The notes under the pieces were generated by a model. That model did no database searches. It was not told the DNA's origin and worked only from the letters and a program-made list of their open reading frames with translations. A stretch of DNA of 64,000 nucleotides from Spirochaetia bacterium (GTDB lineage: Bacteria; Spirochaetota; Spirochaetia; SZUA-6; Bin103). Location: NCBI GenBank assembly GCA_965203515.1, contig OZ241907.1, forward strand, positions 704,001 through 768,000, given 5' to 3'. Shown piece after piece: positions 49,892 to 58,509 of this stretch (the stretch's first letter is position 1; each line of letters opens with the position of its first letter). A program made the translations under genes and the position numbers.

Positions 49892-51004
49892 TCAGCGGTT
49901 CGCCAGACGGTTCTTGAATTCGCGCGCTATGTCGTCCGGTGACGGCGCGTCGCCGCCGGAGTCCGCGGTCAGCTTGACGAGCACGGCGATGTACAGTTCG
50001 CCCAACGCCATAGTGAGGGCGGTGGCGGTCGTGGCGGCGATGGCGCCGCCGGCAACCGAGCCGACGCCGGGAATCAGCTTCAACAGACTGGAGACGATTG
50101 CGCGTCCCAAAAAGGTAACTCCCACCGTCCCCCCCATCGCCGCGACCAGCGTGGCCAAGAACTCGTAGGAAGGACCAATTCCGAAGACCTTCGAAATTCC
50201 GGCCAGCATGGTGATCTGAATCGGGACCAACGCTACAGCATCGGATGCGGGTATGGGGGTTGCGCCGACTATCCCCGCCGCCGTGGCGGCTGCCGCTACG
50301 ACCTTGTGCGCGGCGTTCTTCTTGAGATCGATACTGACTTTCTGAGCGGCCGCAAATGCCAATTGGGTTGCTTCGGGAATCAGCTTCATCGTCTCTTCCA
50401 CCAGCTCCTGCAACCCCATCTGCTTCATCTCGTGGCCGTCGTCGAAACGCTCGGGCAACGCCCGCACCCGCACGACGTTCTTCGCCCGCGGCAGAAGACG
50501 TTCTACCTCGGCTTTGAACCCCCGATCGTTCTGTGCCTTGGTGATGACGCCGAGTATCGGCATGTGTGCCGCCAACATCTGGTGAAGCTCAATTTCAGCA
50601 TCCTCGACGCGCCGCATACCCTCGGTAAAGCATATCCACGCGATGTGGATGTGCTGGCGGGCATCCTCATTGTCCTTCTGTTGGCGTACAAACTCCTCCA
50701 ACTCTTCGAGGGGCTTCCGATCTTCCTCCAATTCCAGCCCTCTGGTATCGTATATCGCCAGCGGGATGCCCTTCTTGGTGTACTTGCGAGTCTCCTTCGT
50801 GACCGGCTTCCCTTGTCCCGTCTCGGCAAGCTGACCATGAAAGATTTCGTTTATCAACGTGCTCTTGCCGACGCCGGTTTTGCCGGCGATGAGGACGTTG
50901 ACTATCCCGATCTTACGGGTTGCTTTGGATATCCCTTCACGGATATTGCCCCAAATACTCTCTGAATCCTCGAATTGGTCGAGCAGGTCAGCTATAGGTT
51001 TCAT
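49892..51004 (-). CDS. P-loop GTPase with DUF697/YcjF-like membrane domain
   Basis: GKTGVGKSTLIN, DTRGLE, ITKA; PIPASDAVALVPIQITML, LKLIPGVGS. Confidence 0.85.
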   Translation of the reverse strand: MKPIADLLDQFEDSESIWGNIREGISKATRKIGIVNVLIAGKTGVGKSTLINEIFHGQLAETGQGKPVTKETRKYTKKGIPLAIYDTRGLELEEDRKPLEELEEFVRQQKDNEDARQHIHIAWICFTEGMRRVEDAEIELHQMLAAHMPILGVITKAQNDRGFKAEVERLLPRAKNVVRVRALPERFDDGHEMKQMGLQELVEETMKLIPEATQLAFAAAQKVSIDLKKNAAHKVVAAAATAAGIVGATPIPASDAVALVPIQITMLAGISKVFGIGPSYEFLATLVAAMGGTVGVTFLGRAIVSSLLKLIPGVGSVAGGAIAATTATALTMALGELYIAVLVKLTADSGGDAPSPDDIAREFKNRLANR

Positions 51005-51041
51005 TGGTTCTTCGTTCCTCCAATTGGGGCTTCCGGGTTTC

Positions 51042-51208
51042 GTGGATGGTGGAGTCGGGCGGCAGATGAGTGGCTCTCGCCGATCACCAGCAGCCGCTTG
51101 TGGCGCTCGTCCCGATACCGGCTGCCGATCCAGGGCCGCATGCAGGGGAACCGCCGCAGATGATCCGGCAGCGGTATGGTCGTTACGCGGTGCTCGTTGG
51201 AGTTCATG
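51042..51208 (-). pseudogene. Truncated 5' end of the UDG-like gene (right copy of 133-bp repeat)
   Basis: MNSNEHRVTTIPLPDHLRRFPCMRPWIGSRYRDERHKRLLVIGESH, then a 1-bp insertion and divergence. Confidence 0.8.
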
Positions 51209-51289
51209 CCGGCGCGCCCAGGATACCAGCGGTGAGCATCTCCCGTCAAGCGCATTCCGCGCGGCGCGGATTGTGCGATACTGAATCCG

Positions 51290-52879
51290 ATGCGGTTCTT
51301 CAACACCGCCGGTCCGATGCGGCCGGAGGACAACTACTGCATTCCGCCGTTGAGCCGGATGAATCAGCGCGAACTGCTCACCCTCATTCGGCAGAAGCGC
51401 TACTTCGTGCTGCATGCGCCGCGCCAGACCGGCAAGACCTCGGCCCTGCTGGCGCTGCGCGACCTGCTGAACGGCGGGGCCGAAGGCGCCTGGCGCTGCG
51501 TCTACGCCAACGTCGAAGCGGGCCAGGCGTCGCGCGAGAACGTGGAGCGGGCGATGCGCGCCATACTCGGCGAACTGGCGCGCCGGGCGCGTACCGCCCT
51601 CGGCGACGAATCGCTGGCCGGCATCTGGCCGGGCGTGCTGGACACCTTCGGTCCCGACGGGGCGCTGCAGGAGCTGCTGGCCCGCTGGGCCGAGTCCGAC
51701 GCCAGGCCGCTGGTGCTGCTGATCGACGAAATCGACGCGCTGGTCGGCGATACGTTGCTGTCGGTCCTGCGCCAGCTTCGCGCCGGCTACGACGAACGGC
51801 CGGACGGGTTCCCGCAGAGCGTGATCCTGTGCGGGGTCCGCGACGTGCGCGACTACCGCATCCGCTCCACCAGGGAGAACGCCGTCGTCACCGGCGGCAG
51901 CGCCTTCAACATCAAGGCCGAGTCGCTGCGGCTGGGCGACTTCTCGGCAACCGAAGTGCGCGCGTTGCTCGCCCAGCACACCGCGGAGACCGGCCAACCA
52001 TGGACCGACGACGCCCTGGAGACGGTCTGCGAGCTGACCGCCGGCCAGCCGTGGCTGGTGAACGCCCTGGCCTACCAGGCGTGCGACCGAGACGCCGCCG
52101 GCCGCGACCGCAGCCGCCCGCTCACCGCGGACGCCATCCACGCCGCGCGCGAGCAACTCATCCTGCGCCGCGACACTCACCTGGACCAGCTTGCCGACAA
52201 GCTCCGGGAGGAGCGCGTGCACCGGGTGATCGCCCCGCTGCTGAGCGGCCAGGCGAGCACCGAGATGCGGCCCGACGACCTGCAGTACGTGCGCGACCTG
52301 GGCCTGGCGGCGCGGGACGCGCCGGTCCGCATCGCCAACCCGATCTACCGCGAGGTGATCCCGCGCGATCTCACCTGGGTCACGCAGGAAACGCTGACGC
52401 ACGACCCGGCGTGGTACGTGGACGCGGCAGGCAACCTGCGGCTGGCCGAGCTGCTGGCCGCGTTTCAGGGGTTCTTTCGCGAACACTCCGAGCACTGGAT
52501 CGAACGATTTCAGTACCGGGAAGCCGGCCCGCAGTTATTGCTGCAGGCGTTCCTGCAGCGCATCGTCAACAGTGGCGGGCGGATCGAACGCGAGTACGGC
52601 CTGGGCCGGATGCGCACCGACCTGCTGATCGTCTGGCCGGCCGCGGCGCCGCCCGGCCGCACCCGCCGGATGGTGATCGAGTGCAAGCTGCTGCACCGCA
52701 GCCTGGACCGGACCATTCGCGACGGGCTCGCCCAGACCCGCGCCTACCTGGAGCGCTACGGCGCCGGCGAGGGGCACCTCGTGATCTTCGACCGCAGCGC
52801 GGACAAGCCGTGGGAGCGGAAGCTGTTCCGCCGCGAAGCGGTCGACGGCGGCACGCCGATCACGGTGTGGGGGATGTAG
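51290..52879 (+). CDS. AAA-like ATPase with C-terminal PD-(D/E)XK-like domain (paralog 3)
   Basis: Same 1590-bp length and mostly near-identical sequence to 44986-46575. Confidence 0.88.
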   Translation: MRFFNTAGPMRPEDNYCIPPLSRMNQRELLTLIRQKRYFVLHAPRQTGKTSALLALRDLLNGGAEGAWRCVYANVEAGQASRENVERAMRAILGELARRARTALGDESLAGIWPGVLDTFGPDGALQELLARWAESDARPLVLLIDEIDALVGDTLLSVLRQLRAGYDERPDGFPQSVILCGVRDVRDYRIRSTRENAVVTGGSAFNIKAESLRLGDFSATEVRALLAQHTAETGQPWTDDALETVCELTAGQPWLVNALAYQACDRDAAGRDRSRPLTADAIHAAREQLILRRDTHLDQLADKLREERVHRVIAPLLSGQASTEMRPDDLQYVRDLGLAARDAPVRIANPIYREVIPRDLTWVTQETLTHDPAWYVDAAGNLRLAELLAAFQGFFREHSEHWIERFQYREAGPQLLLQAFLQRIVNSGGRIEREYGLGRMRTDLLIVWPAAAPPGRTRRMVIECKLLHRSLDRTIRDGLAQTRAYLERYGAGEGHLVIFDRSADKPWERKLFRREAVDGGTPITVWGM

Positions 52880-52950
52880 CGGAGATCACCCGGCCAGCGG
52901 ATACCGTCCTCGGTGTGCGTCGCCACTGCGCCATTTCGGCCCCCGCCGGG

Positions 52951-53916
52951 TCACGTCCGGCGCGCGGTGTCGTCTGATACCCGGTCGAGGAGCTCGGCTC
53001 CGGTCTCGCACTCGATGATCAGGACGCCGGCCTGCGCCAAGCGGTCAGCATCGGCGGTCCGCTCCAGCAGCACTGCCAGCCGTTGCGCCGTGTCGTCGTC
53101 GAACTTCCGCGCCGCTATCCGGCACAGCAGCGCGCGTTCCTCCGCCAGCCCGCGCTCGTACCCGCGGCGCCGTTGCGACCGCAGCAGCGGATCGTGATCC
53201 GGTCCGGTGCCCTCCCGCTCGCCGAGCACCGTCCCCACCCGTTCCAGCACCGCGCTGGTCCGCGCTGACAGCTCCGGTTCGTTCAACGCCGCGTGAATCT
53301 CCTCCGCCATCCACCCCGGAAACGCCCGGCTCTCCGCCGCCGCCCGGTACGCGCCGTCCTCCAGCACGTGGATCGTCAATCCCGGACGCCGGCTCCGCGG
53401 GCGGCTCGGCGCGCTCTCGTCCGGCACCTCCACCCATACCTCCGGGAACCCCCACGACTCGTACAGCGCCAGCTTGCCGCGCCGCACGTCGGTGGTGTGG
53501 TCGACCTCCAGCACCACGTCCGGATAGTCGTCCACGCCGATCACCATCGCCGACGGTCCCGGCAGCCGGGCGCTGCCGGGATGCAGGTAGACCGACTCGT
53601 CGGCCTGCATGATGCTGCGCGGCTCGTCGTGCTGCCGCAGGTCCATCGAGCCGTAGCTTTCGATGGGAGCGCCGCGCACCTGGGCGATCCGTTCGGTGAG
53701 CCGGGTCAGGCGGCCGGACGGCCGTTCGTGGTAGGGGCTGGCCGGCTCGCAGATCCAGGCGGTCTCGGTAGCGCCGTCCCAGTACTCCAACCGCTGGTCG
53801 CTGCGTTCGATCTCGTCTGCCGGCAGATGGACCGGCGTGCAGCCGGGGAACTCCGGCGTCGGCGGCGCGGCATCGGTGTCGGGGCGCGGCCCGACGGCGG
53901 TCTTGGCGATAGCCAT
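52951..53916 (-). CDS. Uma2 family endonuclease
   Basis: RLEYWDG, MQADESVYL, PDVVLEVD, GFPEVWVEVP. Confidence 0.8.
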   Translation of the reverse strand: MAIAKTAVGPRPDTDAAPPTPEFPGCTPVHLPADEIERSDQRLEYWDGATETAWICEPASPYHERPSGRLTRLTERIAQVRGAPIESYGSMDLRQHDEPRSIMQADESVYLHPGSARLPGPSAMVIGVDDYPDVVLEVDHTTDVRRGKLALYESWGFPEVWVEVPDESAPSRPRSRRPGLTIHVLEDGAYRAAAESRAFPGWMAEEIHAALNEPELSARTSAVLERVGTVLGEREGTGPDHDPLLRSQRRRGYERGLAEERALLCRIAARKFDDDTAQRLAVLLERTADADRLAQAGVLIIECETGAELLDRVSDDTARRT

Positions 53917-54116
53917 GGCGCTACGGTACGCGGGCCGCGCCGGTCGCGCAACCGCGCACTCACGTGACCGGGATTGACGAAGATACCCGTCAAGGCAGGG
54001 AGTGACCGCCATGGCCGCCACCGGCGCCCGGCGCGCACCACATATCATCGGCGGCAGGCGTCCGGCGGCTCCCGCCGGCACTTGACACCGTTCTGCATCT
54101 ATGTCAGGATGGATGC

Positions 54117-54776
54117 ATGATACCGAAGGAGGATAGTGTGTCAGAATCTGCAGGATGGGACGCTTACTTCGCACGCGTACGGACCCTCAAATGGGACGAG
54201 GTAGAGTCGGAAGAGCTGGAATATAAGCGCGACACTGAACGGTATTTGCGATCAGTGACCAACGAGGTGCTGTCCAGCAACGAAAACTGGGTCAGAGCAG
54301 CTAAAGGAGACTGCCGTAAGAATCTGAATAATCTCTGCTATTGGGAAGCAGTCGATGCTCTGTCCAAATGGTATGAGAAAGATCCGGAGCAGGCGTCGGC
54401 AGCGCTACGGGAACTTTGGGCCCCGGACGATGACGGGTTGCCGCGGAGGGATCAGGTAATCGCACGGGTTCGCACCTTCGCTCAGCGAGTCCCGGCTGAC
54501 TTTGGGGTGAGCGGATCGGGAGTGCGTATGCGACTGATTGCCGGCTTGCTGATGAGGATTTCAGCCGAGTGTTACCCGCCTTTCATGGCGACTTTGTTTC
54601 GGGACGCATATAAGCATGTAGGTTACCCCTATCCGTCGAAAGATGCAGACGAGGCGACTCTGTATGAGCATGCGTTGGAGTTTCTCGACCGATTGGTCAA
54701 AGAGGCGAAGGCGCGAGGCTTGACCCGGCCGCGCAACCTCCTCGAAGCGCAGTCGGTAGTCTACATGCTCCGGTAG
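54117..54776 (+). CDS. Hypothetical protein (lower GC; possibly an isolated DNA-recognition domain)
   Basis: Clean 219-aa ORF; TTGACA-N17-CAGGAT upstream; RBS before GTG 54138. Confidence 0.55.
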   Translation: MIPKEDSVSESAGWDAYFARVRTLKWDEVESEELEYKRDTERYLRSVTNEVLSSNENWVRAAKGDCRKNLNNLCYWEAVDALSKWYEKDPEQASAALRELWAPDDDGLPRRDQVIARVRTFAQRVPADFGVSGSGVRMRLIAGLLMRISAECYPPFMATLFRDAYKHVGYPYPSKDADEATLYEHALEFLDRLVKEAKARGLTRPRNLLEAQSVVYMLR

Positions 54777-55348
54777 GTCAGCCCGGGCGCGGCACTTGCG
54801 CGGCGCTTGGCGGTGCGTCAAGGTAGGGGCCGCAAAGGAGCTAACTACGATGAAACGATGGGCGATGATGCCGGTGCTGTGGTGCTTTGGTGCTTGCTGC
54901 CTGCAGCACGGCGACGACGGTGAGCGGTTCGATCGGCTACCAGCTACGATCCTCCTCGGTCGGAACCGGTGTAGGCGAGTCCAAGGCTGGCCAAGGGCTG
55001 GAGTGGGCATTTGGGCCGCAGTTCGTGATCGAGAACGACCGAGGGCAGATGCGCTTGGGTGTTTGCGGGAGCGGCTACTTGTATCCGCAGCCGCCTACGG
55101 CTGAGGTGGTCCTGGTTGGTTGGACAGGTTGAGGGGCAGAATAAGGTGTACTCGGGTGGTTGCGCTACCCCCTCGGTCGCTTCGCTTGCGAATGCGGCGG
55201 TAAGGCCGGGGTGCCGGGCGACGACCTCGATCCTGGGATGGCGGTCGCCACTCACACCCGCTCGCCTCGTAGACCGGCATCAGCGCGGTCATCCGCCGCC
55301 TGTCTTGAATCAGCGGCCCTCCTGTCTGGTGACTTCGTCGGTCCATCG

Positions 55349-56230
55349 CTACGCCGCCTGCTCGCTGGCCGCCCGCGTGCCGTCGTAGCACTGCGCCGGC
55401 GTGCGCCCGCCGAGCGCCGAGTGCGGCCGCTGCTCGTTGTAGAACGCCATCCACTGCCCGATCACCCGCCGCGCCGCCCTGCCGTCGGCCAACTCGTGCA
55501 GGTAGACCGCCTCGTACTTCAACGACCGCCACAGCCGCTCGATGAACACGTTGTCCATGCATCGGCGGCGGCCATCCATCGAGCACCGGATGCCGGCCGC
55601 CCGCAGCCGCTCGGTGAACGCCCGGCTCGTGAACTGCCTGCCCTGATCGGTGTTGAAGACCTGCGGCCGTCCGTACCGCCGCAGCGCCTCGTCGAGCGCC
55701 GCGAGGCAGAACGCGGTGTCCAGCGTGTTGCTCAGCCGCCACGCCAGCACCCGCCGGCTCGCCCAGTCCATGACTGCCACCAGGTACAGATATCCTTCCT
55801 GCACCGGGATGTAGGTGATGTCGGCGCACCACACGTGGTTCGCCCGCTCGATGCTCAGGCCGCGCAGCAGATACGGGTACACGCAGTGTTCGGGATGCGC
55901 CGTGCTGGTGCGCGGCTTGCGGTAGATCGCCTCCAGGCCGAGCAGATGCATCAGCCGGCGGACCCGGTGGCGGCCGACCGTCACTTCCTCCTGTTCGAGA
56001 TGGCGCGCCATCTGGCGGCTGCCGTAGAACGGGTAGCACAGGTACAACTGGTCGATGCGGCGCATCAGCGCCAAGGTCTCGGCGCTGTGGCCCTGCGGCG
56101 CGTAGTACAGCGTCGAGCGACTCATCGCCAGCAGCCGGCACTGCCGGCTGACGCTCAGGTGTTGGTGGGCTCGATCGACCATCGTGCGCCGTTGGTCGCG
56201 GCTCAACGAGCGAGCCCGCGCGCTAAAAAA
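55349..56230 (-). CDS. IS3 OrfB, DDE integrase domain (expressed via -1 frameshift)
   Basis: WCADITYI, NTDQGRQFT, DNVFIERLWRSLKYE; T6 run at 56225-56230. Confidence 0.93.
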   Translation of the reverse strand, partial: FFSARARSLSRDQRRTMVDRAHQHLSVSRQCRLLAMSRSTLYYAPQGHSAETLALMRRIDQLYLCYPFYGSRQMARHLEQEEVTVGRHRVRRLMHLLGLEAIYRKPRTSTAHPEHCVYPYLLRGLSIERANHVWCADITYIPVQEGYLYLVAVMDWASRRVLAWRLSNTLDTAFCLAALDEALRRYGRPQVFNTDQGRQFTSRAFTERLRAAGIRCSMDGRRRCMDNVFIERLWRSLKYEAVYLHELADGRAARRVIGQWMAFYNEQRPHSALGGRTPAQCYDGTRAASEQAA

Positions 56231-56487
56231 TCGCGCTCCACGGTCAACTCGCCGATCTTGGCGTGCAGGTCGTGGATGATCGCTTCGTGATCGTCCTGCC
56301 GGCGCTTGGCGCCGGTGGCGAACAGGTCGTGCAAGCCGTCGACGGCTTGCCGCTTCCAGTCGCTGACTTGGTTGGGATGCACCGCGTGATCGGCGGCGAT
56401 CGCCTGAATCGTGCGGTCGCCGCTGAGCGCTTCGAGCGCCACGCGCGCTTTGAACTCGGCGGTGAATCGCCGCCGTTTCCTGGCCAT
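56203..56487 (-). CDS. IS3 OrfA (HTH)
   Basis: RRRFTAEFKARVALEA, VHPNQVSDWK, KIGELTVERDFL. Confidence 0.93.
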   Translation of the reverse strand: MARKRRRFTAEFKARVALEALSGDRTIQAIAADHAVHPNQVSDWKRQAVDGLHDLFATGAKRRQDDHEAIIHDLHAKIGELTVERDFLARGLAR

Positions 56488-56740
56488 CTGGTCGGCCCTC
56501 CTCAAGGCCTGGAGTACACCTTAGCAACCTGTCCAGTTTTCTAGGACCACCTCAGGCGGATGGGGTGTCGTTTTCAGCATCAGGGGAAACCGCGACCGCG
56601 ACCCGACACGTGTTCTCCGGTGGCTACTGCTTCAAGGCGGACGTGGATCTGGAGCTGCCGGCCCCGTAGGAGCGGGATGAAACGACTGCCGCCGCTGCTG
56701 GCGGCGGCGGCAGTGCTGCGCGCGGAGATAGACCGGTACT

Positions 56741-57844
56741 TCAGCGCGCCAGCCAGGCGCTGAAGCGCTCGTTCATCTCGTCGCCGTGGTCGCTCCACCA
56801 CTCCCAGTCGTTGTGCAGCGCGCGGCGCATGTTGGCGGGCGCGGTCGGCATGTGCGGCGCCATCTCCACCCCGGTCTCCAGATGGGTGGAGATCAGCGCC
56901 GTGCCGGACTGGCGCACCGGACTGTAGGAGATGTAGCGGCCCACCGCCGCCATCGACTCGGCTCGGCCGGCGAAGGCGATGAACCGGCGCGCCGCCTCCA
57001 GGTTGGGCGTGCCGGCGACGATGACCAGTTGCGTGTTGTCGAACACCTGTCCGTCCCACACGATCACGAACGGCTGGTTCTCCCGCACCTGAGCGTTGAA
57101 GATGCGGCCGTTGTAGGTAGTGCTCATGACCACCTCGCCGTCGGCCAGCATCTGCGGCGGCTGCGCTCCCGCCTGCCACCACACGATCTGCTCCTTGATC
57201 GTGTCGAGCACGCGGAACGCCCGATCCACGCCGTCCGGCGTGCTGAGCGTGGCGTATACCTGATCTATCGGCACGCCGTCGGCCATCAAGGCGAACTCCA
57301 GGTTGTCCTCCGGCGTGCGGCGCATGCCGCGGCGGCCGGGAAACCGCTCCAGGTCGAAGAAGTCGTCGATCGTCGTCGGCCGTTCGTCCGGGAAGCGTTC
57401 CGGATGGTAGGCGTACACCGTGGAGAAGAAGATCGTGCCCATGCCGCAGTCGGTGAGGGTGCCGGGGAAGAAGTCGCCCTCGGCGGGCGTGCCGTCCGGT
57501 CCCGGCGGCAGGTCCTCGACCGCGATGAACTCCAGCAGCCCCTCGTCGCAGCCGCGCACGGCGTCGGCGACGTTCAGGTCGACGATGTCCCAATGCACGT
57601 TGCCGGTCTCCACCTGCGCGCGTATCTGGGCGAGGCCGCCGTTGTAGTCCTCCAGCCGCACCTCGATCCCGGTCTCCGCCGTGAACGGCTCGTGATACGC
57701 CTTCTGGCTGGCCAGGGCGTAGGAGCCGCCAAAGGAAACCACGGTCAGCGGCCCGTCGGCCGCGGCCGGCATGCAGAGCAGCGCGGCCAGCAGCGCCGCC
57801 GCGCCGGCGGCCCGGAGCGTCCGGCCCGTTCGTCCCATCATCAT
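56741..57844 (-). CDS. ABC transporter substrate-binding protein (polyamine PotD/PotF-like)
   Basis: Signal peptide; LTVVSFGGSY, LAQIRAQVETGNVHWD, FPGRRGMR. Confidence 0.88.
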   Translation of the reverse strand: MMMGRTGRTLRAAGAAALLAALLCMPAAADGPLTVVSFGGSYALASQKAYHEPFTAETGIEVRLEDYNGGLAQIRAQVETGNVHWDIVDLNVADAVRGCDEGLLEFIAVEDLPPGPDGTPAEGDFFPGTLTDCGMGTIFFSTVYAYHPERFPDERPTTIDDFFDLERFPGRRGMRRTPEDNLEFALMADGVPIDQVYATLSTPDGVDRAFRVLDTIKEQIVWWQAGAQPPQMLADGEVVMSTTYNGRIFNAQVRENQPFVIVWDGQVFDNTQLVIVAGTPNLEAARRFIAFAGRAESMAAVGRYISYSPVRQSGTALISTHLETGVEMAPHMPTAPANMRRALHNDWEWWSDHGDEMNERFSAWLAR

Positions 57845-57876
57845 GTGTACCTCTCCGGTGGATGATACACCGTTCG

Positions 57877-58506
57877 CTACGGTCGCGCCGCCGTCGCCGT
57901 CGCGCCGCCGCGCAGGATGAAGATGACCTGCGTGCTGCGCATGTTGGCGGCCGCGCTGCGGATGCGGCGGCCGTTCTTGATGTCGATGATCGACGTCACC
58001 CGCACGCCGTGCGCCCGGCAGTAGTCCAGGAAGTCGCGGCGCGTGCACATGTGGATGTTCGGAGTGTCGTGCCACTGGAACGGCAACTGGCGCGTCACCG
58101 GCATCCGGCCGCGCAGCAGCAGCGCCAGACGGATGCCCAGATAGCCGAAGTTCGGGAACGACACGATCACCTGCCGGCCCACGCGCAGCATCTCGGCCAG
58201 CAGCTCCACCGGCCGCTCGATCACCTGCAACGTCTGGTTCAGCACCACGTAGTCGTAGCTGCCGCTGGCGTGGTCGCGCAGCCCCTCGTTCAGGTTGCCC
58301 TGGAACACCGTGATGCCGCGCGCCAGGCAGCGCACGATCATTTCCTCTTCGATGTCCACGCCCAGACCGTGCACGGCCTTGGCTACCCGCAGGCGATGCA
58401 GCAACTCGCCGTTGCCGCAGCCCAGGTCGAGCACCGAGCTGCCGGGCTCGACCAGGTCGACGATCAGGTCGTAGTCCAGGTGCTGTCGGCGTTCGCTCGG
58501 CGCCAT
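57877..58506 (-). CDS. metW: Methionine biosynthesis protein MetW
   Basis: VLDLGCGNG, NQTLQ, VSFPNFG, WHDTPNIH; follows metX. Confidence 0.93.
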   Translation of the reverse strand: MAPSERRQHLDYDLIVDLVEPGSSVLDLGCGNGELLHRLRVAKAVHGLGVDIEEEMIVRCLARGITVFQGNLNEGLRDHASGSYDYVVLNQTLQVIERPVELLAEMLRVGRQVIVSFPNFGYLGIRLALLLRGRMPVTRQLPFQWHDTPNIHMCTRRDFLDYCRAHGVRVTSIIDIKNGRRIRSAAANMRSTQVIFILRGGATATAARP

Positions 58507-58509
58507 CGG

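Larger units (their letters stand above)
55102..56554 (-). mobile_element. IS3 family insertion sequence (1453 bp), 3-bp TSD GGC
   Basis: TG...CA ends, imperfect IR TGAGGTGGTCCT..TGGACAGGTTG; GGC at 55099-55101 and 56555-56557. Confidence 0.95.
54850..56669 (+). pseudogene. Small lipoprotein gene, frameshifted in the signal peptide and split by IS3
   Basis: MKRWAMM / LVLAAC lipobox; ...LYPQPPT|ADGVSFSASG...DLELPAP* rejoins in frame when the IS is removed. Confidence 0.6.

Noticed and set aside
49892..52495. 867-aa ORF extending the GTPase
   Set aside because: The N-terminal part is antisense to the AAA gene; the real start is 51004 with an RBS.
54000..54030. GAGTGA..CATGGCCGCCAC similar to 1144-1165
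   Set aside because: Too short and GC-rich; possibly another gene-start stub but not supportable.
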